Assembly: GCF_004010195.1 (NCBI RefSeq)
Contig: NC_057718.1
Span: 56,284,895-56,348,894 of the forward strand
Source of the DNA: Chiloscyllium plagiosum
Taxonomy: Eukaryota
Reading direction: 5' to 3'
DNA: 64,000 bases
Positions 37,611-50,199 of the stretch are shown one piece after another; position 1 is the first letter of the stretch, and every line of letters starts with the position of its first letter. Made by a program: the position numbers and the translations under genes. Below the pieces are notes generated by a model. The model saw nothing but the letters and a program-made list of their open reading frames with translations, did not search any database and was not told where the DNA came from.

Positions 37611-38527
37611 TTGTACATGGCAGGTACTCATGTGACTCAGCCAACGTTGTCTATCTTATACGTTGCAGGCAAGGATGCCTGGAGGCATGGTACATTGGGG
37701 AAACCGAGCAAAGGCTACGACAACGGATGAATGGGCACCGCACAACAATCAACANNNNNNNNNNNNNNNNNNNNNNNNNNNNNNNNNNNNNNNNNNNNNN
37801 NNNNNNNNNNNNNNNNNNNNNNNNNNNNNNNNNNNNNNNNNNNNNNNNNNNNNNNNNNNNNNNNNNNNNNNNNNNNNNNNNNNNNNNNNNNNNNNNNNNN
37901 NNNNNNNNNNNNNNNNNNNNNNNNNNNNNNNNNNNNNNNNNNNNNNNNNNNNNNNNNNNNNNNNNNNNNNNNNNNNNNNNNNNNNNNNNNNNNNNNNNNN
38001 NNNNNNNNNNNNNNNNNNNNNNNNNNNNNNNNNNNNNNNNNNNNNNNNNNNNNNNNNNNNNNNNNNNNNNNNNNNNNNNNNNNNNNNNNNNNNNNNNNNN
38101 NNNNNNNNNNNNNNNNNNNNNNNNNNNNNNNNNATCTAAACATCATGGCATAGACAGAGAACACAGGGGGCCAACACCTTCAACATATTGTCTAGCTATT
38201 ACCATTGTTAACAGCTAACCCAAAAATGCAACTTTTTAAAAAAAGGTTTTGTGATTTACACATGAAAGAAGTGAAATTATCACAGTATTCTAACAGATGA
38301 AAGGCTTAACAGACAATCAATTTTTCAATGTTTAATTTCAGTTACATCACACTGCAAATTTTTGCTATAAATTCTGTGTGTTAGGATTGAGCCCTCCACT
38401 ACCACCTGATGAAGGAGCGACGCTCCGAAAGCTAGTGTGCTTCCAATTAAACTTGTTGGACTATAACCTGGTATTGTGCGATTTTTAACTTTGTACACCC
38501 CAGTCCAACACCGGCATCTCCAAATCA
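37611..38527 (+). mobile_element. Second-family Penelope-like element (GIY-YIG endonuclease fragment and 3' end) spanning gap 37755-38133
   Basis: CDSANVVYLIRC..C...YIGET...RMNGHR; TSD taccataacc at 37601-37610 and 38528-38537. Confidence 0.88.
38403..38437 (+). ncRNA. Minimal type I hammerhead ribozyme motif (family 2)
   Basis: CAC-CUGAUGA-A-GGAGC-GAC-GCUCC-GAA-AGCU-A-GUG: full core, 5-bp helix II, CAC/GUG helix I, palindromic AGCU. Confidence 0.75.
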
Positions 38528-39968
38528 TACCATAACCACCATATTATTCTTACAGATAACTGAAAATTCCTTTCAAATTTGTTTCTCAATTTCCCGCTGA
38601 CCATTAGGGGGTCTACAATACAATCCCAATAAGGTGATCATCCCTTTCTAATTTCTCAGTTCCACCCAAGTAACTTCCCTGGATGTATTCCCAGGAATAT
38701 CCTCCCTAAATACAGTAGCAATGCTATCCCTTAATAGAAATGCCGATTCCCCCTCCTCTCTTGCCCAGGCCCCCCCTCCACTTTCAATCTTTCCTATAGC
38801 ATTTGTATCCTGGAACATTAAGGTGTCAGTCCTGTCCATCCCTGAGCCACATTTCTGTAATTGCTATGTTATCCCAGTCCCATGTTTCTAACCATGCCCT
38901 GAGTTCATCTGCCTTCCCTGTTAGACCTCTTGCATTGAAATAAATGCAGTTTAATTTAACAATCCTACATTGTTCTCTGCTTTGCTCCTGTCTGCCCTGA
39001 CAGTTTGACTCGCTCCTTTTCCCAACTCCACCAGTCTTATATTGATCTCTTTCCTCACTACTTTCCTGGGTCCCAACACCTTACGAGTTTAAGTCCTCCC
39101 GAGCAGCTCTAGCAAATCTCTCTGCCAGTTTATTAGTCCCCTTCCAATTCAGTTGCAATGTGAATTGCAGCTTACTTCTCCCCCAGAAGAGGTGAACCCT
39201 TCTCCCCTGCACCAGTTCCTCAGCCACGCATTCATCTGCTCTATCCTCCTATTCCTATCCTGACTAGCTCGTAGCACCGGCAGTAATCTAGATATTATTA
39301 CCCTCAAGGACCTCCTTTTTAAATTCGTACTTAACATTCTATATCCTCCCTTCAGAATCTCATCCTTTTCCTTTCCTAAGTCATTAGTTCCAATGTGTAC
39401 AATGACCTACTACTGGTCCCTCTCCCCTTTAACATTCTGCACCTCCAGAGAGACATACTTGATCCTGGCATCAGGGAGGCAACACACCGTTCTGATTCTT
39501 TGCTGCTGGCTGTAGAAACATCTGTTGTGCCTCTGACTAGAGAGACCCCAATCACAACTGATCGCTTGGAACCCAACCTACCAAAAACTTGGCTGTTCAA
39601 TGCTACATCCTCCTGAGAATCCAACACCCTCTACATTTTTCAAAACAGCATACTTGTTTGAAATGGGGATAGCCACAGAAGACTCCTATACTACCTGCCT
39701 ACCCTTCTTACCTTTCCTGGAGTTAACCCATCTTCCTGGCTGTATCTGTGGCTTTTGTTGAGGAAACTAGATGTCTAGAATCTTTTGAGGTGCCAAAGCC
39801 ACCTTTTGGTTGATGGACAACTTTCTATATCACTTTCCTCATTTTTTTTTCATGTTCATAAACATTCTTTTTTTATAGAACAATGCAATCCTATAATTGA
39901 TTAAAAGTAGTAGATAACTCTTTGAACAATGAAAATATTCACATACTCAATTTGTCATTTCAGCTCAC

Positions 39969-40062
39969 CTCTCAACATATTCTAACAAGTATGCTGGTTC
40001 ATTAATGGTGCTCGGATCATCAGCATGCAATATTTCAGGCCAAAGATTATCAACTTCTGTAT
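39969..40062 (-). CDS. CLHC1: CLHC1 coding exon (DTEVDNLWPEILHADDPSTINEPAYLLEYVER), absent from ORF track
   Basis: Translated by hand; ttgtccag acceptor (in-frame alternative 6 nt downstream), AG|gtgagc donor; resembles human EDDPRRAKEAEIMLHYIER. Confidence 0.85.
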
Positions 40063-40504
40063 CTGGACAAAATGCAATATTTTATTATAGAATACAACAA
40101 TCTAACAGATTAATGTATGGACTGTTAGTTAAGCATTAAAATTTCAATTGATAAGAAAATACACTGTGATACAACCATACAATTGACATTCCATCAAATG
40201 TGTCATGAATCTTTAGATACTTAAGGAAGAGTTTTAGATCCTGACTAACTAATCAGAGAAGATATTGAACAAAGGCTATGAGTTTTCTTACAGCATGAAG
40301 GAAAACCATAGAGAAACTACTCTCATTCATCTTAATTTTACTGACCAAATTTGGCTGAATGATCATTCCAAATAGTCTGAATCATCATGGAAACACTTAC
40401 AAAGTTTAGAGCATGTCTTAGAGACCTCCAGCCAAAGTTAAGGCAGGTCACAATATGAAGGTTACAGCTGTCTTTTATCTTCCTCAGCTTCTACAGGTTG
40501 CTAC

Positions 40505-40965
40505 AAAGGAGACAGTGAGGTCTGCATATGCTGGAGATCAGAGTTGAGAGTGTGTTGCTGGAAAAGCACAGCAGGTACTGTGCACTGATGTATAAAGTAG
40601 GCCATATAATGCTTTCTAAAGCAAACTGTCATGTTATTTTCTCCATCTACATTATTTGCATATTGCTTATTGTGAAATCTTCCATGAACTAATAAGTTGA
40701 GAGTGGAAAGATTTAAAAGGGACCTAAGGGGGAACTTTTTCATGCAGACAGTGGTGTAGCGAGTGTGGTATATGGAATGAGGTGCCAGAGGAAGTTGTGG
40801 AGGCTGGTACAATTACAACATATAAAAGACATTTGGATGGGTATATGAATAGGAAGGGGTTAGAGGGCGATGGGCCAAATGCTGGCAAATGGGACTAGAT
40901 TAATTTAGGAAATCTAGTCAGCATGAATGAGTTGGACTGAAGATCTGTTTCCGTGCTGTGCCTAT
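40505..40965. mobile_element. PLE terminus fragment (40505-40577, minus) and CR1 3' end (40695-40965, plus)
   Basis: Similarity to other copies in this window. Confidence 0.75.
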
Positions 40966-41459
40966 ATAACATAAACGGGCAATATTTTACAGTGCAAATC
41001 TTTCAAAAGATAGTTTAGCACTGAAAATATTCCTTAAAGATGGCAATTTGGTATTGTTTTATTAATATTGCTGGAAGTGGATTTATGACAAAAAGGAGGA
41101 AAAAAGTTGAATAAGACTGAAAACGTGTAGGGAATATGATGCCTGATTAACTCTCATCACTATTCATTCTAATGCAACCTCACACAAACTTTGTGCTGCA
41201 TGCTCATTTACATGCAGCTGGCACAAAGTACATTTTGAATGGCTGCTCACCTGAGTAGGGGCTGCAAAATCAGGAATTCCAGCTCACCTTTGTTACTTAA
41301 AGCAAGCCTGTGCCTTTTAAAGAGAAGGTGCATTTCTCCTTGAGCAGATGCTGACAAAGTGACTTGAAGGGGACCCTCTTGTGGTGCAGTATAATGTCCC
41401 TACCCTGAACTGAGGAGGCCTGGGTGTAAGTCCCACCTGTTCCAGAGATGTGTAATAAC

Positions 41460-41943
41460 CTCTGTTGAGGTTTATCCTGAGTAGCTCCATGACATGGGAC
41501 ACTGTGCTCTACAGTCTGTTACCCGGGATGCACATCGTGACCAAGAACTTAGTGAAAGATGCTCTTTGGTCTGCCTGAACCTTGTTGGCCTTCCACAGCA
41601 ATGAGTTAAACCTGACTGAGTGAAACAGACTTGCACATTCCAAGGTCCAGGACAATGTGTTAAGTGATGCATTAAAGCTTAGGGCAGCTCCAGCAAGCAC
41701 AGTGGGGAAAGACTACTGTCTGAGCTCTTTCTGCCGAAGGTAAATGGGGGTTCGTTTTGTTATCAGACCCTCCTACTGCCTTAAATATGCAAATGTTGGT
41801 TTTGTGAAGAGAGTTCTTTAGGTTTTTTGGGATAGTCAAAGTTCAACGTTTCGTTTGTTTGCTTGATATGCAACTGTGCAGAACTGAACTGCTTTTGTGT
41901 CAATAAACTTCAATGAATGAAGTATATTTTTTTAAATAAAAAA
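41460..41943 (+). mobile_element. 5'-truncated Tx1-like (L1 clade) LINE 3' end
   Basis: VLYSL.PG...VKDALWSA*TLLAFH C-terminal ORF2-like peptide; AATAAA followed by A tail at 41935-41943. Confidence 0.6.
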
Positions 41944-42650
41944 GGGTAATAATATCTCTGAACAGGTTAATTAGAAAAGCAGATCAATGAAAAAAAATTC
42001 AAAGTGACTTGTACCTAGGAAAGCCTGCAGTCACAGTCAAAGAACATAGACAGGATTGATCTTGTGCATTGTTTTGTGCAGATTTTGAAGACCATCCTTT
42101 CCAGCATAGAAGGGATAGCTCATGTCATGTGAATTATCAAAGACTCAACCATCATGTAGTGTCTGATGGCCAATATCTCAGCATCTATTGCAACAGAAGC
42201 AAAGCTACCCAAAGCCTGAGTACTATAGTAGAACTTCTGTCAAGTGATATAAGCTCACCTTCCTGTTATGATAGCATAGTTTGAAGCTAGAGAGTTTAAA
42301 AACTGCTATCATCAAGGGTGTAAATACCAGCTTTCACATGAGCTTCTAATGTCTCAGAACTGCCGAGACACAGTACCTGGAGATTATCAGTAGAACCTTG
42401 GACCATTAATCTGCTGTGTGACTTCAGAGTGACAGCATTTGCCTACTAGAATCACATAATTGTTGCAGTGCAGTAGGAGGCAAGTTGGTCCATAGTGCCT
42501 GTGTCAGTTCTAGTACCCAGTGCAAATCTCTGACTTTTCCTCATATCCCTGCACACCATTTTTATCCAAATAATCATCCAATGTTCTCTTGAATGCCTCA
42601 ACTGAAATTGCCTCCCTCAAACTTCCAGACAATGCTTTCTGTACTCAAAC

Positions 42651-42805
42651 TACAGAGGAACCTCGTTTTTCCGAAGGACATGGGCAGGAAGTATTTCGTT
42701 CAGTAAATCAAATTCCGAATAATCGAATGCTTGGCTAAAATATGTTTTCCGGCATCAGGACCTTGCGATCTTGCCGGATAATCCGATATTCGATTAATTG
42801 AATGC
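42651..42805 (+). mobile_element. One end of a Tc1/mariner (Tigger/pogo-like) non-autonomous element
   Basis: TA + CAGAGGAACCTCG..TCCGAA TIR-like start with internal (g)ataatc(c)ga sub-repeats; CpG-rich relative to flanks; no right TIR seen. Confidence 0.5.
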
Positions 42806-43989
42806 TGCTACTTGCTATGTGAAAACATTTTTCTCACATCACCCTTGTTTGAACATCATATTAAAGCTTTGTCTGCTCATTCCTTTTACTTTTATGATTG
42901 CGAACAGCTTCTTCTTATTTAATCTATCAAGCCCACTTGTGATTTTGAAAACTTCTATCAAATTTCCTCTCAGCCTTTTCTACAAGGAGATCTGTCCCAA
43001 CTTCTTCAATCTTCCTCATAACTGAAGTTTCTCATTTCTGGAACCATTCTTGTAAATCACATCTACATTCTTTCCAATGATAGATAAATGTGGGGCTCAC
43101 AATTATACACATTGTCCCACCATTATCCCTGTATCAGGGCCTTTGCTGTAGCCAGCCCAGATTGCTACTGCCAATGCACAGACAGTACAGTCCAAAGCTG
43201 TACATTCCACAGTGAAATAGAGGCAAAGGACCAGAGTGTTCAAATCCTACAGAAATCTCTTCTCCCCGACCTCCTCTCCTCTCTGCCAAATTTTGCTCGC
43301 CTTTGCTCAATCATTAATATGCTGCAGGTGAATGGGTTTGGTAACTACAGCAACCTCGATTGGGAGCGAGTGATCTGAGCAGAAACCTTCAAGATGAAAT
43401 CCTTCATCCAATGCAAGACATCCTCCACAGGCTCTCTAAATTGTAAACAATAGTGGAGAACTCGACAGAACACAGCAATTCTACAAACTCAATTAAAGGT
43501 AGTAAAATTCAGCCAGAAACTAACTTTTTTTAGTAGTACAGGTAAGGGGATCCTTCCTGCTGCTTAGTTGTTGTAAGCCTTTAAAGGAGGGCCTTAACAC
43601 TAACTTTGAGGTCGTAAATGTCACCATAGAGTTGAACTAGTTACATACTAAAAACATGATTTGCCTACTTTGCTTACTCCTGACACATGATCCTAATGCC
43701 CACCCCAATACTCTAACAAAAAACAGTATCCACAAGGATTATACGCAGTACCAACACCATTTGTACCCCAAAATACAGGAGCTACAAAGCCAAATTTTGC
43801 AGTAAAGCATTTTAATTGCCTTCTGCAAGTAACTCCACAGTATTTAAAAGATGGCAGCATTTGCTGACTAATCCAGAAATACACACGCACAATTCCAGGC
43901 ACAGTGACATGCAAAATTTAAGAATGAGGTTATATTGGACTGTGCACGTTCAGAGAAAAAGCATGAGATTTTCAAATGGTGTTTAGCAA

Positions 43990-44765
43990 GTTGGGGAATG
44001 AGGATGGGAGATAGTGAAATGCTGGACAGTGGTGAATGAGGGTGTGGGGAAGCAGAGGGAGGATAGCGGGCGCTGGTGGTATTAGGAAGCAGTATAGTGA
44101 GGACACAGGACGGGGTGAGTGAGGATATGGAACAAGGAGTGAGGACTCAGGATGTTGGAAATGGAGACATTGGCAAAAGGTGAGTGAGGGCACAGAAAGA
44201 TAAGGGATGAAGTTGGAGGAATGAGGGAGTAAGGACATGAGATGGGGGATGAGAATGTGCGATAGAAGCGGGATTGAGAACGTGGTAATGGGAGCGAGGA
44301 TCGGTGGGATCGGGGATGCAAGATGGCAGGAATGAGGACAGAGAATATGGGAAGTGAGGATGAGTGCAAAGGGGGAGTGAGGATGCAGGAAAGTGGGAAG
44401 TGAAGACAGGGGATGGGGGACTGAAGTTGGGGATCAGGGGAGTTAGGACATTGGGAATTGGGGCGAGAATGAGGGTGGGACAGAGTTGGAATCAGGACTC
44501 CCCACTCTACTCCTGGGTTGTTTCACCCTCCTCTTCTGCCTCCCCAGCTCGCATCTCCCTCTGTCCTCCTCCCGTGTGCCTCCATTCTCTCGACACCCCT
44601 AAGTCCAATCCTTTCCCTGCCCTCATGACGCATATGTCCCTGCTACTTTGTGTCCTGGAAGCCCTCTGCCATTGCCCCTGTGTCCACACTCCCTCCTGCA
44701 TCCTCACTCATCCCCTTCCCTTATCCTCACTCTCCTCTCCCCTGTCCTCACTCTACACTCCCCAA
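43990..44765. repeat. Purine-rich then pyrimidine-rich low-complexity block
   Basis: G/A-rich to about 44495, then C/T-rich; GAGTGAGGA motifs on the left, TCCTCACTC on the right. Confidence 0.7.
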
Positions 44766-46764
44766 CTAACTGAATGGCAGAACAGGTTACAGGGATCAAA
44801 TAGCCAGTTCCTATGTTTGTATTTAGGATCATAGGTCTGTACTTTGCAATTTGGATAAGCTTATCTGTATTGCATAATATGATCCTAAATACAAACATAG
44901 AAATGGGTTATTAGGCCTCTTCAACTGTTCTGCCATTCAATTATGTGTTCTGATAGTGACTTTAACTCTACATTTCCACCTAACCTGGGTACCACTCACT
45001 CATCTGTTTGTCAAGAAACTATACACCAGCATTCCACTTGCTTCCTTAATTACTTGCAGTCCATCTCACCTTTTGTAATTCTTGAACTAAGACACTGAGA
45101 TCCCTCTGTACCTTACAATACTGCAATCCTTTTTCCATTTAAACAATGCACTGATTTTATAGTTTTACTGCCAAAGTGGACACATTCTCATTTTCTACAT
45201 TATACTCCAACGACCAGTCTAAAATTCTCGTCACAGCTCACTTTTCTACCTATCTTTGTATCATCAGCAACTATACTTTTGGTCCTTTCATCCAAGTCAT
45301 AGGAATAAATTTAAAAGAATTGAGGTTTCAACATTGATCCTGTAGCACAACACACATCACAATCTTTCAAACCAAAACTGACCCATTTATTCCCACCCTC
45401 TGTTTTTTATTAAATTTAATTTAATTTAAATACTTGCATCTGTTCTGTCTTCTCAGAGGAAACTTTGCAATGATGTTTGAAATGCAAAGGAGTCAAAGAC
45501 CACTCATGCCTGTTTTCCACCCCTTTTTCCTCTGCATAATGTCCAAGTTATAAGCTTACTCCAGGCAAAAAAGTGGAGGTGGAGTGTAATACTGGCACTC
45601 ATATAACTTCAAGAGTTCACTGGAAGAATGTAAGAAAGTTGAAGGCTTTTTGAAGGAGTCATTCCAGTTTACATGGTAACATACAGCAACAACTGGAGAG
45701 TAACAAATTACACAAATGAAGAGTAACAAATTACACAAAAGAAGACTAAATGCAAGCTGAGTGATTTCTCTACTGAATACCTTCACTCAGTTTGCAAGTT
45801 TGACTCTGAAATTCTGGTAAGTCAAATTCTCCATCCAACTCTCAATTGAACTTCTCTGTCTCTTTGAAAGGGCAGTAGATAGAATGCAATGATAGAAGAT
45901 ATGGAAAGGTTGCTCCATCTCCAGTTGTTTTACCTTTCCCAGGAAGCAATTTTCTCCCCTGATTTGAACTGACACCCACCCACCTGACACCTGTAGTCAT
46001 CACACACACTTAGCATCCTACCCCCTCAGCTGCTTAGCTCATATCTCATCCACCTGACACTTTATCTCACCCATCTGGCACCCTCACACTCCAGCCACGT
46101 GACACCTATACACACTTATCCCTTTTCTCAGTAGCTGTCAAAGTGGCTTAAGGACACCTAAACCACAGATCATGGCACTTACTGCTGAGAAAGACAGGCT
46201 GTCTTAGTGCTGATCCACTCTGCTACTGGTTGCATGGATTTCAGCCTGTGACTATGTTGCATTTGCTGGGAAGTCTCTGGTCTCAAATTTTCTTGATAAA
46301 TTGCAGTAAAGGTAAATGGACAACTTTTAGTCTGATTGGGTAGGAAATAGAGATTCTGACTGAGATCAGAAGATTCAGATCATTTTTTCTTTTGAGTTTG
46401 TGTCTATACGTCCTGAGAAACAAACGATTGGCTGTTGCCGTGGGTGTTATTGCTGCTCCAGATGGTGCATCTAATCCTCTTGTTCCTCCAAACATCCAGG
46501 CTTTAGCTGTTCTCATGCTGTCGAAAAGGTATGACAACAGGGAGGATCAGATCAAAGTAAGTAAAGTCCAAGGAAGGTGAAATGACTTCCAAATTGTTGG
46601 AAATCATCCATCAATTGTTGTGATCAAAGTGTCTGAACAAGCATTTTGAATGCAAGCCTTTTACATAGACAGGTCAGCAATATTTCATGCCTGGCAGTTT
46701 CATTGATCAATTACTGTGCAAGGTGTTCTTGCCTAGTTAATTCCACCTAGCTCTGGAAACATAT

Positions 46765-47675
46765 TTGGATGTGAGCATAAGAGGTATTGTTAGTAAGTTT
46801 GCAGATGACACCAAGGTTGGAGGTGTAGTGGACAGCGAAGAATGGGCTGAGAAGTGGCAGATGGAGTTTAATTTAGATAAATGTGAGGTTCTGCATTTTG
46901 GGAAATTAAATCTTAGCAGGACTTATAAACCTAATGGTAAGGTCCTGGGGAGTGTTGCTGAACAAAGAGACCTTGGAGTACAGGTTCATAGCTCCTTGAA
47001 AGTGGAGTTGCAGGCAGATGGGATATTGAAGAAGGCATTTGGTATGATTTCCTTTACTGGTCAGAGTATTGAGTACAGGAGTTGGGAGGTCATGTTCCGG
47101 CTATACAGGACATTGGTTAGGCCACTGTTGGAATATTGTGTGCAATTCTGGTCTCCTTCCAATCGGAAAGATGTTGTGAAACTTGAAAGTGTTCAGAAAA
47201 GACTTACAAGGTTGTTGCCCGGGTTGGAGGATTTGAGCTATAGGGAGAGGTTGAACAGGCTAGGGCTGTTTTTCCTACAGCGTTGGAGGCTGAGGAGTGA
47301 CCTTCTAGAGGTTTACAAAATCATGAAGGGCATGGATAGGATAAATAGACAAAGTCTCTTCCCCGGGGTGAGGGAGTCCAGAACTAGAGGGCATAGGTTT
47401 ACGGTGAGAGGGGAAAGATATAAAAGAGACCTAAGGGGCAATTCTTTCACACAGAGGGTGGCACGTGTATGGAATGAGCTGCTAGAGGAAGTGGTGGAGG
47501 CTAATACATTTAAAAGGCATCTGGATAGGTAAATGAATTGGAAGGGTTTGAAGGGATATGGGCCAGGTGCTGGCAGGTGGGACTAGATTGGGTTGGGATA
47601 TCTGGTCGGCATGGATGAGTTGGACCAAAGGGTCTGTTTCCATGCTGTACATCTCTGTGACTCTATGATTCTATG
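46765..47675 (+). mobile_element. Young CR1/HER1-like 3' fragment (255-codon open frame)
   Basis: [33 protein letters not shown]; (tctatga)n tail. Confidence 0.93.
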
Positions 47676-48082
47676 ACGTATACACTGGCAATAAGATCAG
47701 AATCCTGAGTTTAAACCACAATTATTTCCTTATTTGTGTATTTAAATCACTAACTCAATAGATTCCCGGGATTTTTTTAGCTTGTCTGGGAACAAAGTTT
47801 ATTAAAACCCAGGAGAGGTGGCATCATTTTGGTTTTCTGACTGTTTGCATTTAACTCCCAGTTCAACCCAAACTGGAACCTACCCCCAGATGGCAATTAA
47901 AGAAAAGCTACCCTTGTATAACCAATATAATTCTGAGTGCTGTATGTACCCAATTTCCTCTTTTTGCCCAAAGTGCATCTTATCACCATACAGTTGCGAA
48001 ATGGTACCTAAATAACAAACGTTCAAATATTATTTTGGATTGAAAATAAACCACAATTTAAAATAAGACAAAAATTGATTAC

Positions 48083-48198
48083 CTTTGAGAGAAATTGCTT
48101 CTGTCAAGCTTGGCAAAATATATTCAGTGAGAGAAATACTTTTATCAGAGTACCCCCAAGCAGCAACTGCATCTGCTAAGATCTCTATTCGCTTGTAC
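48083..48198 (-). CDS. CLHC1: CLHC1 coding exon (YKRIEILADAVAAWGYSD...SLK)
   Basis: ttccag acceptor, G|gtaatc donor, 116 nt; resembles human HQRLQIISQALSSWVKSD. Confidence 0.87.
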
Positions 48199-49036
48199 CT
48201 GGAATTGTGTGTAGAGATTTTGACTAATGTTTGCAAAAACCATAATTTACAGATAACATTAGGTAAAAATAAAGGTTGTCAGAGTTACATTCAATATAAA
48301 TAAAATTTTGAAAGTATAAATGACTTTTCATACTAAAATTTCAGTTTTAAAACAACGCTTAAATTTAATTTTGATAGGTTTCCTTCCAAATTTTGTCTTT
48401 GTTCTGATGCTCGCTCCATCAAGGGATTGATCATTTCATCATTTATTAATTTGTCTATATATTGCTCAAAACATATAGTCATTAAATTATAGAATAATTA
48501 ATGACAAAGGAGGATGCCAGGTACAGTCAATGTTTTTGTGAAGGTTGGAAGCCTTTTAAAAAGATGGAAAAAAAATTGCCTGAAATGGAAATTCATGCAA
48601 AGTAGGGCATACAGAAGGATCCAGACTGGTGGATACAGTGCTAGAAGCATTATGGTTCTGTTGAGCAGGAGAATTAATATTATGGTCCCAGGAACTGCCA
48701 AACCCCAAGGACCATCCTTAGAACAGAATTTGAGCAGGCGACCAAAAGGGTCAACTAACTTCTGAGTTGGAATCATTTATAGAAGTGATTGTTCTGTTCC
48801 CCACTCTGGTTTGAAATTCAGGTATAATCCAGCTTCCTTTTTGATGAGCACCCTGCAATCATTTTACAGCTGCTGGGCTGATAATTGGCTGGTTAAAAGT
48901 CTTTCATCTCCATCAAGACGGAAGTTGTGACTCCCCGCCAGAGGGTCAGTGGATCTCTAGTTCCAGTGGCGCTATTGGGAATACTGCCTAGTGCTGGAGC
49001 TATAGGCTGTCCCTAAAGAAGAGGTGCAATGGACCC

Positions 49037-49358
49037 AGATTTTAGATTAGATTCCCTACAGTGTGGAAACAAGCCATTTGGCCCAACAAGTGCACACCGG
49101 CCCTCCGAAGAGTAACTCACCCAGACCCATTTCCCTCTGAATGATGCACCTAACACTATGGGCAATTTAGCATGGTCAATCCACCTGACCTGCACATGTT
49201 TGGATTGTGAGAGGAAACCAGACCACCTGGAGGAAAACCCATGCAGACACAGGGAGAATGTGCAAACTCCACACAGACAGTTGCCTGAGGCCGGAATCGA
49301 ACCCGTGTTCGTGGTGCTGTGAGGCTGCAGTGCTAACCACTGAGCCACTGTACCCGCC
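49037..49358 (-). mobile_element. V-SINE (HE1-like)
   Basis: A/B boxes, V-domain, (aatct)n tail. Confidence 0.9.
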
Positions 49359-50199
49359 ATCCCCTCCCCCAAAGTAAGTCTGTGGTTTTGTCAGGATTAG
49401 AATTTCAGAGTCCAATGAGGAGTACAGGGTAGGGCTCGGTTTTTAGAGCAGGGGAAAATTGTGGGTGGTGGGTTGGGAATCTTGCTTGGGGTACTCCAAC
49501 AGAAAGTATACCACCATCTCCCAGTGTTTCTCTATAACCCTTGAATCCCTGATACCTCAAGAATCTTGTCTATTTCAGCAATGAATATATTCAGTGACTG
49601 CTTCCACAGCTCTTTGGGATAGAGAATTTTAAGACTCACGATCCATTGTTATAAACTCTATACTTTGCAAAAACGTTCATGATTTTGAGGTATCCCTGTA
49701 GGTCTAAGTGAAATCAAGAGTTCAGAAAAGAGGGGTAATCGGATGTTCTAGCAACTGAATACTTTCTGTGAACTTACATGGCTGAGACTGCTAGACAGAC
49801 ACAATACATATAACAGCAAAGCTATGACCTAGGCTGCGACTTAACACTACTATTGCGATGGGAGCTTGACACTCAGAAAGAACAAAATTGGTGTCAGGTT
49901 ACAGTTTGTGTTTAGCAGCATAGCAGACTTCTTATGAGGAGAAATAACAAATCTCTCTCTGGAAAAGATCAGCTTTCTGTCTAGCAGTTAAGAAGAACTC
50001 TAGCTGCCGTTGATGAAGTTGTAAACAGTGGTATCAACTACTTAAAGAGATATTCATGTTTTTGTTGTAATATCATTTGTCTGTTATTGCATTCATAATT
50101 TTACATTTGATTTTTGGAAAGTCAGTGGCTGAGCAACAACAGACATTTAAGATGCTATTTATAATGCTCAGCAGAAAAAAATTCCAGTCAAAAAGGACT

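Larger units (their letters stand above)
35167..39755 (-). mobile_element. Near-full-length CR1/HER1-like LINE (esterase-type ORF1, APE-RT ORF2), decayed and interrupted by two PLEs
   Basis: VVIG(D>V)SLVRGT SGNH-like motif near 39550; VPEDWRLAN, QHGFVHGKSCLTN, FNLDKCEVL; (tctatga)n tail at 35167. Confidence 0.9.

Noticed and set aside
46140..46300. Possible Harbinger Myb/SANT-like exon remnant
   Set aside because: Similarity too weak to support by eye
46765..47532. 255-aa open frame as a host gene
   Set aside because: It is the CR1 ORF2 C-terminus followed by the LINE tail, with no gene structure
48498..48776. Overlapping ORFs on both strands that looked like a retrocopy
   Set aside because: No recognisable protein in the frames read; a BLASTX search would be needed
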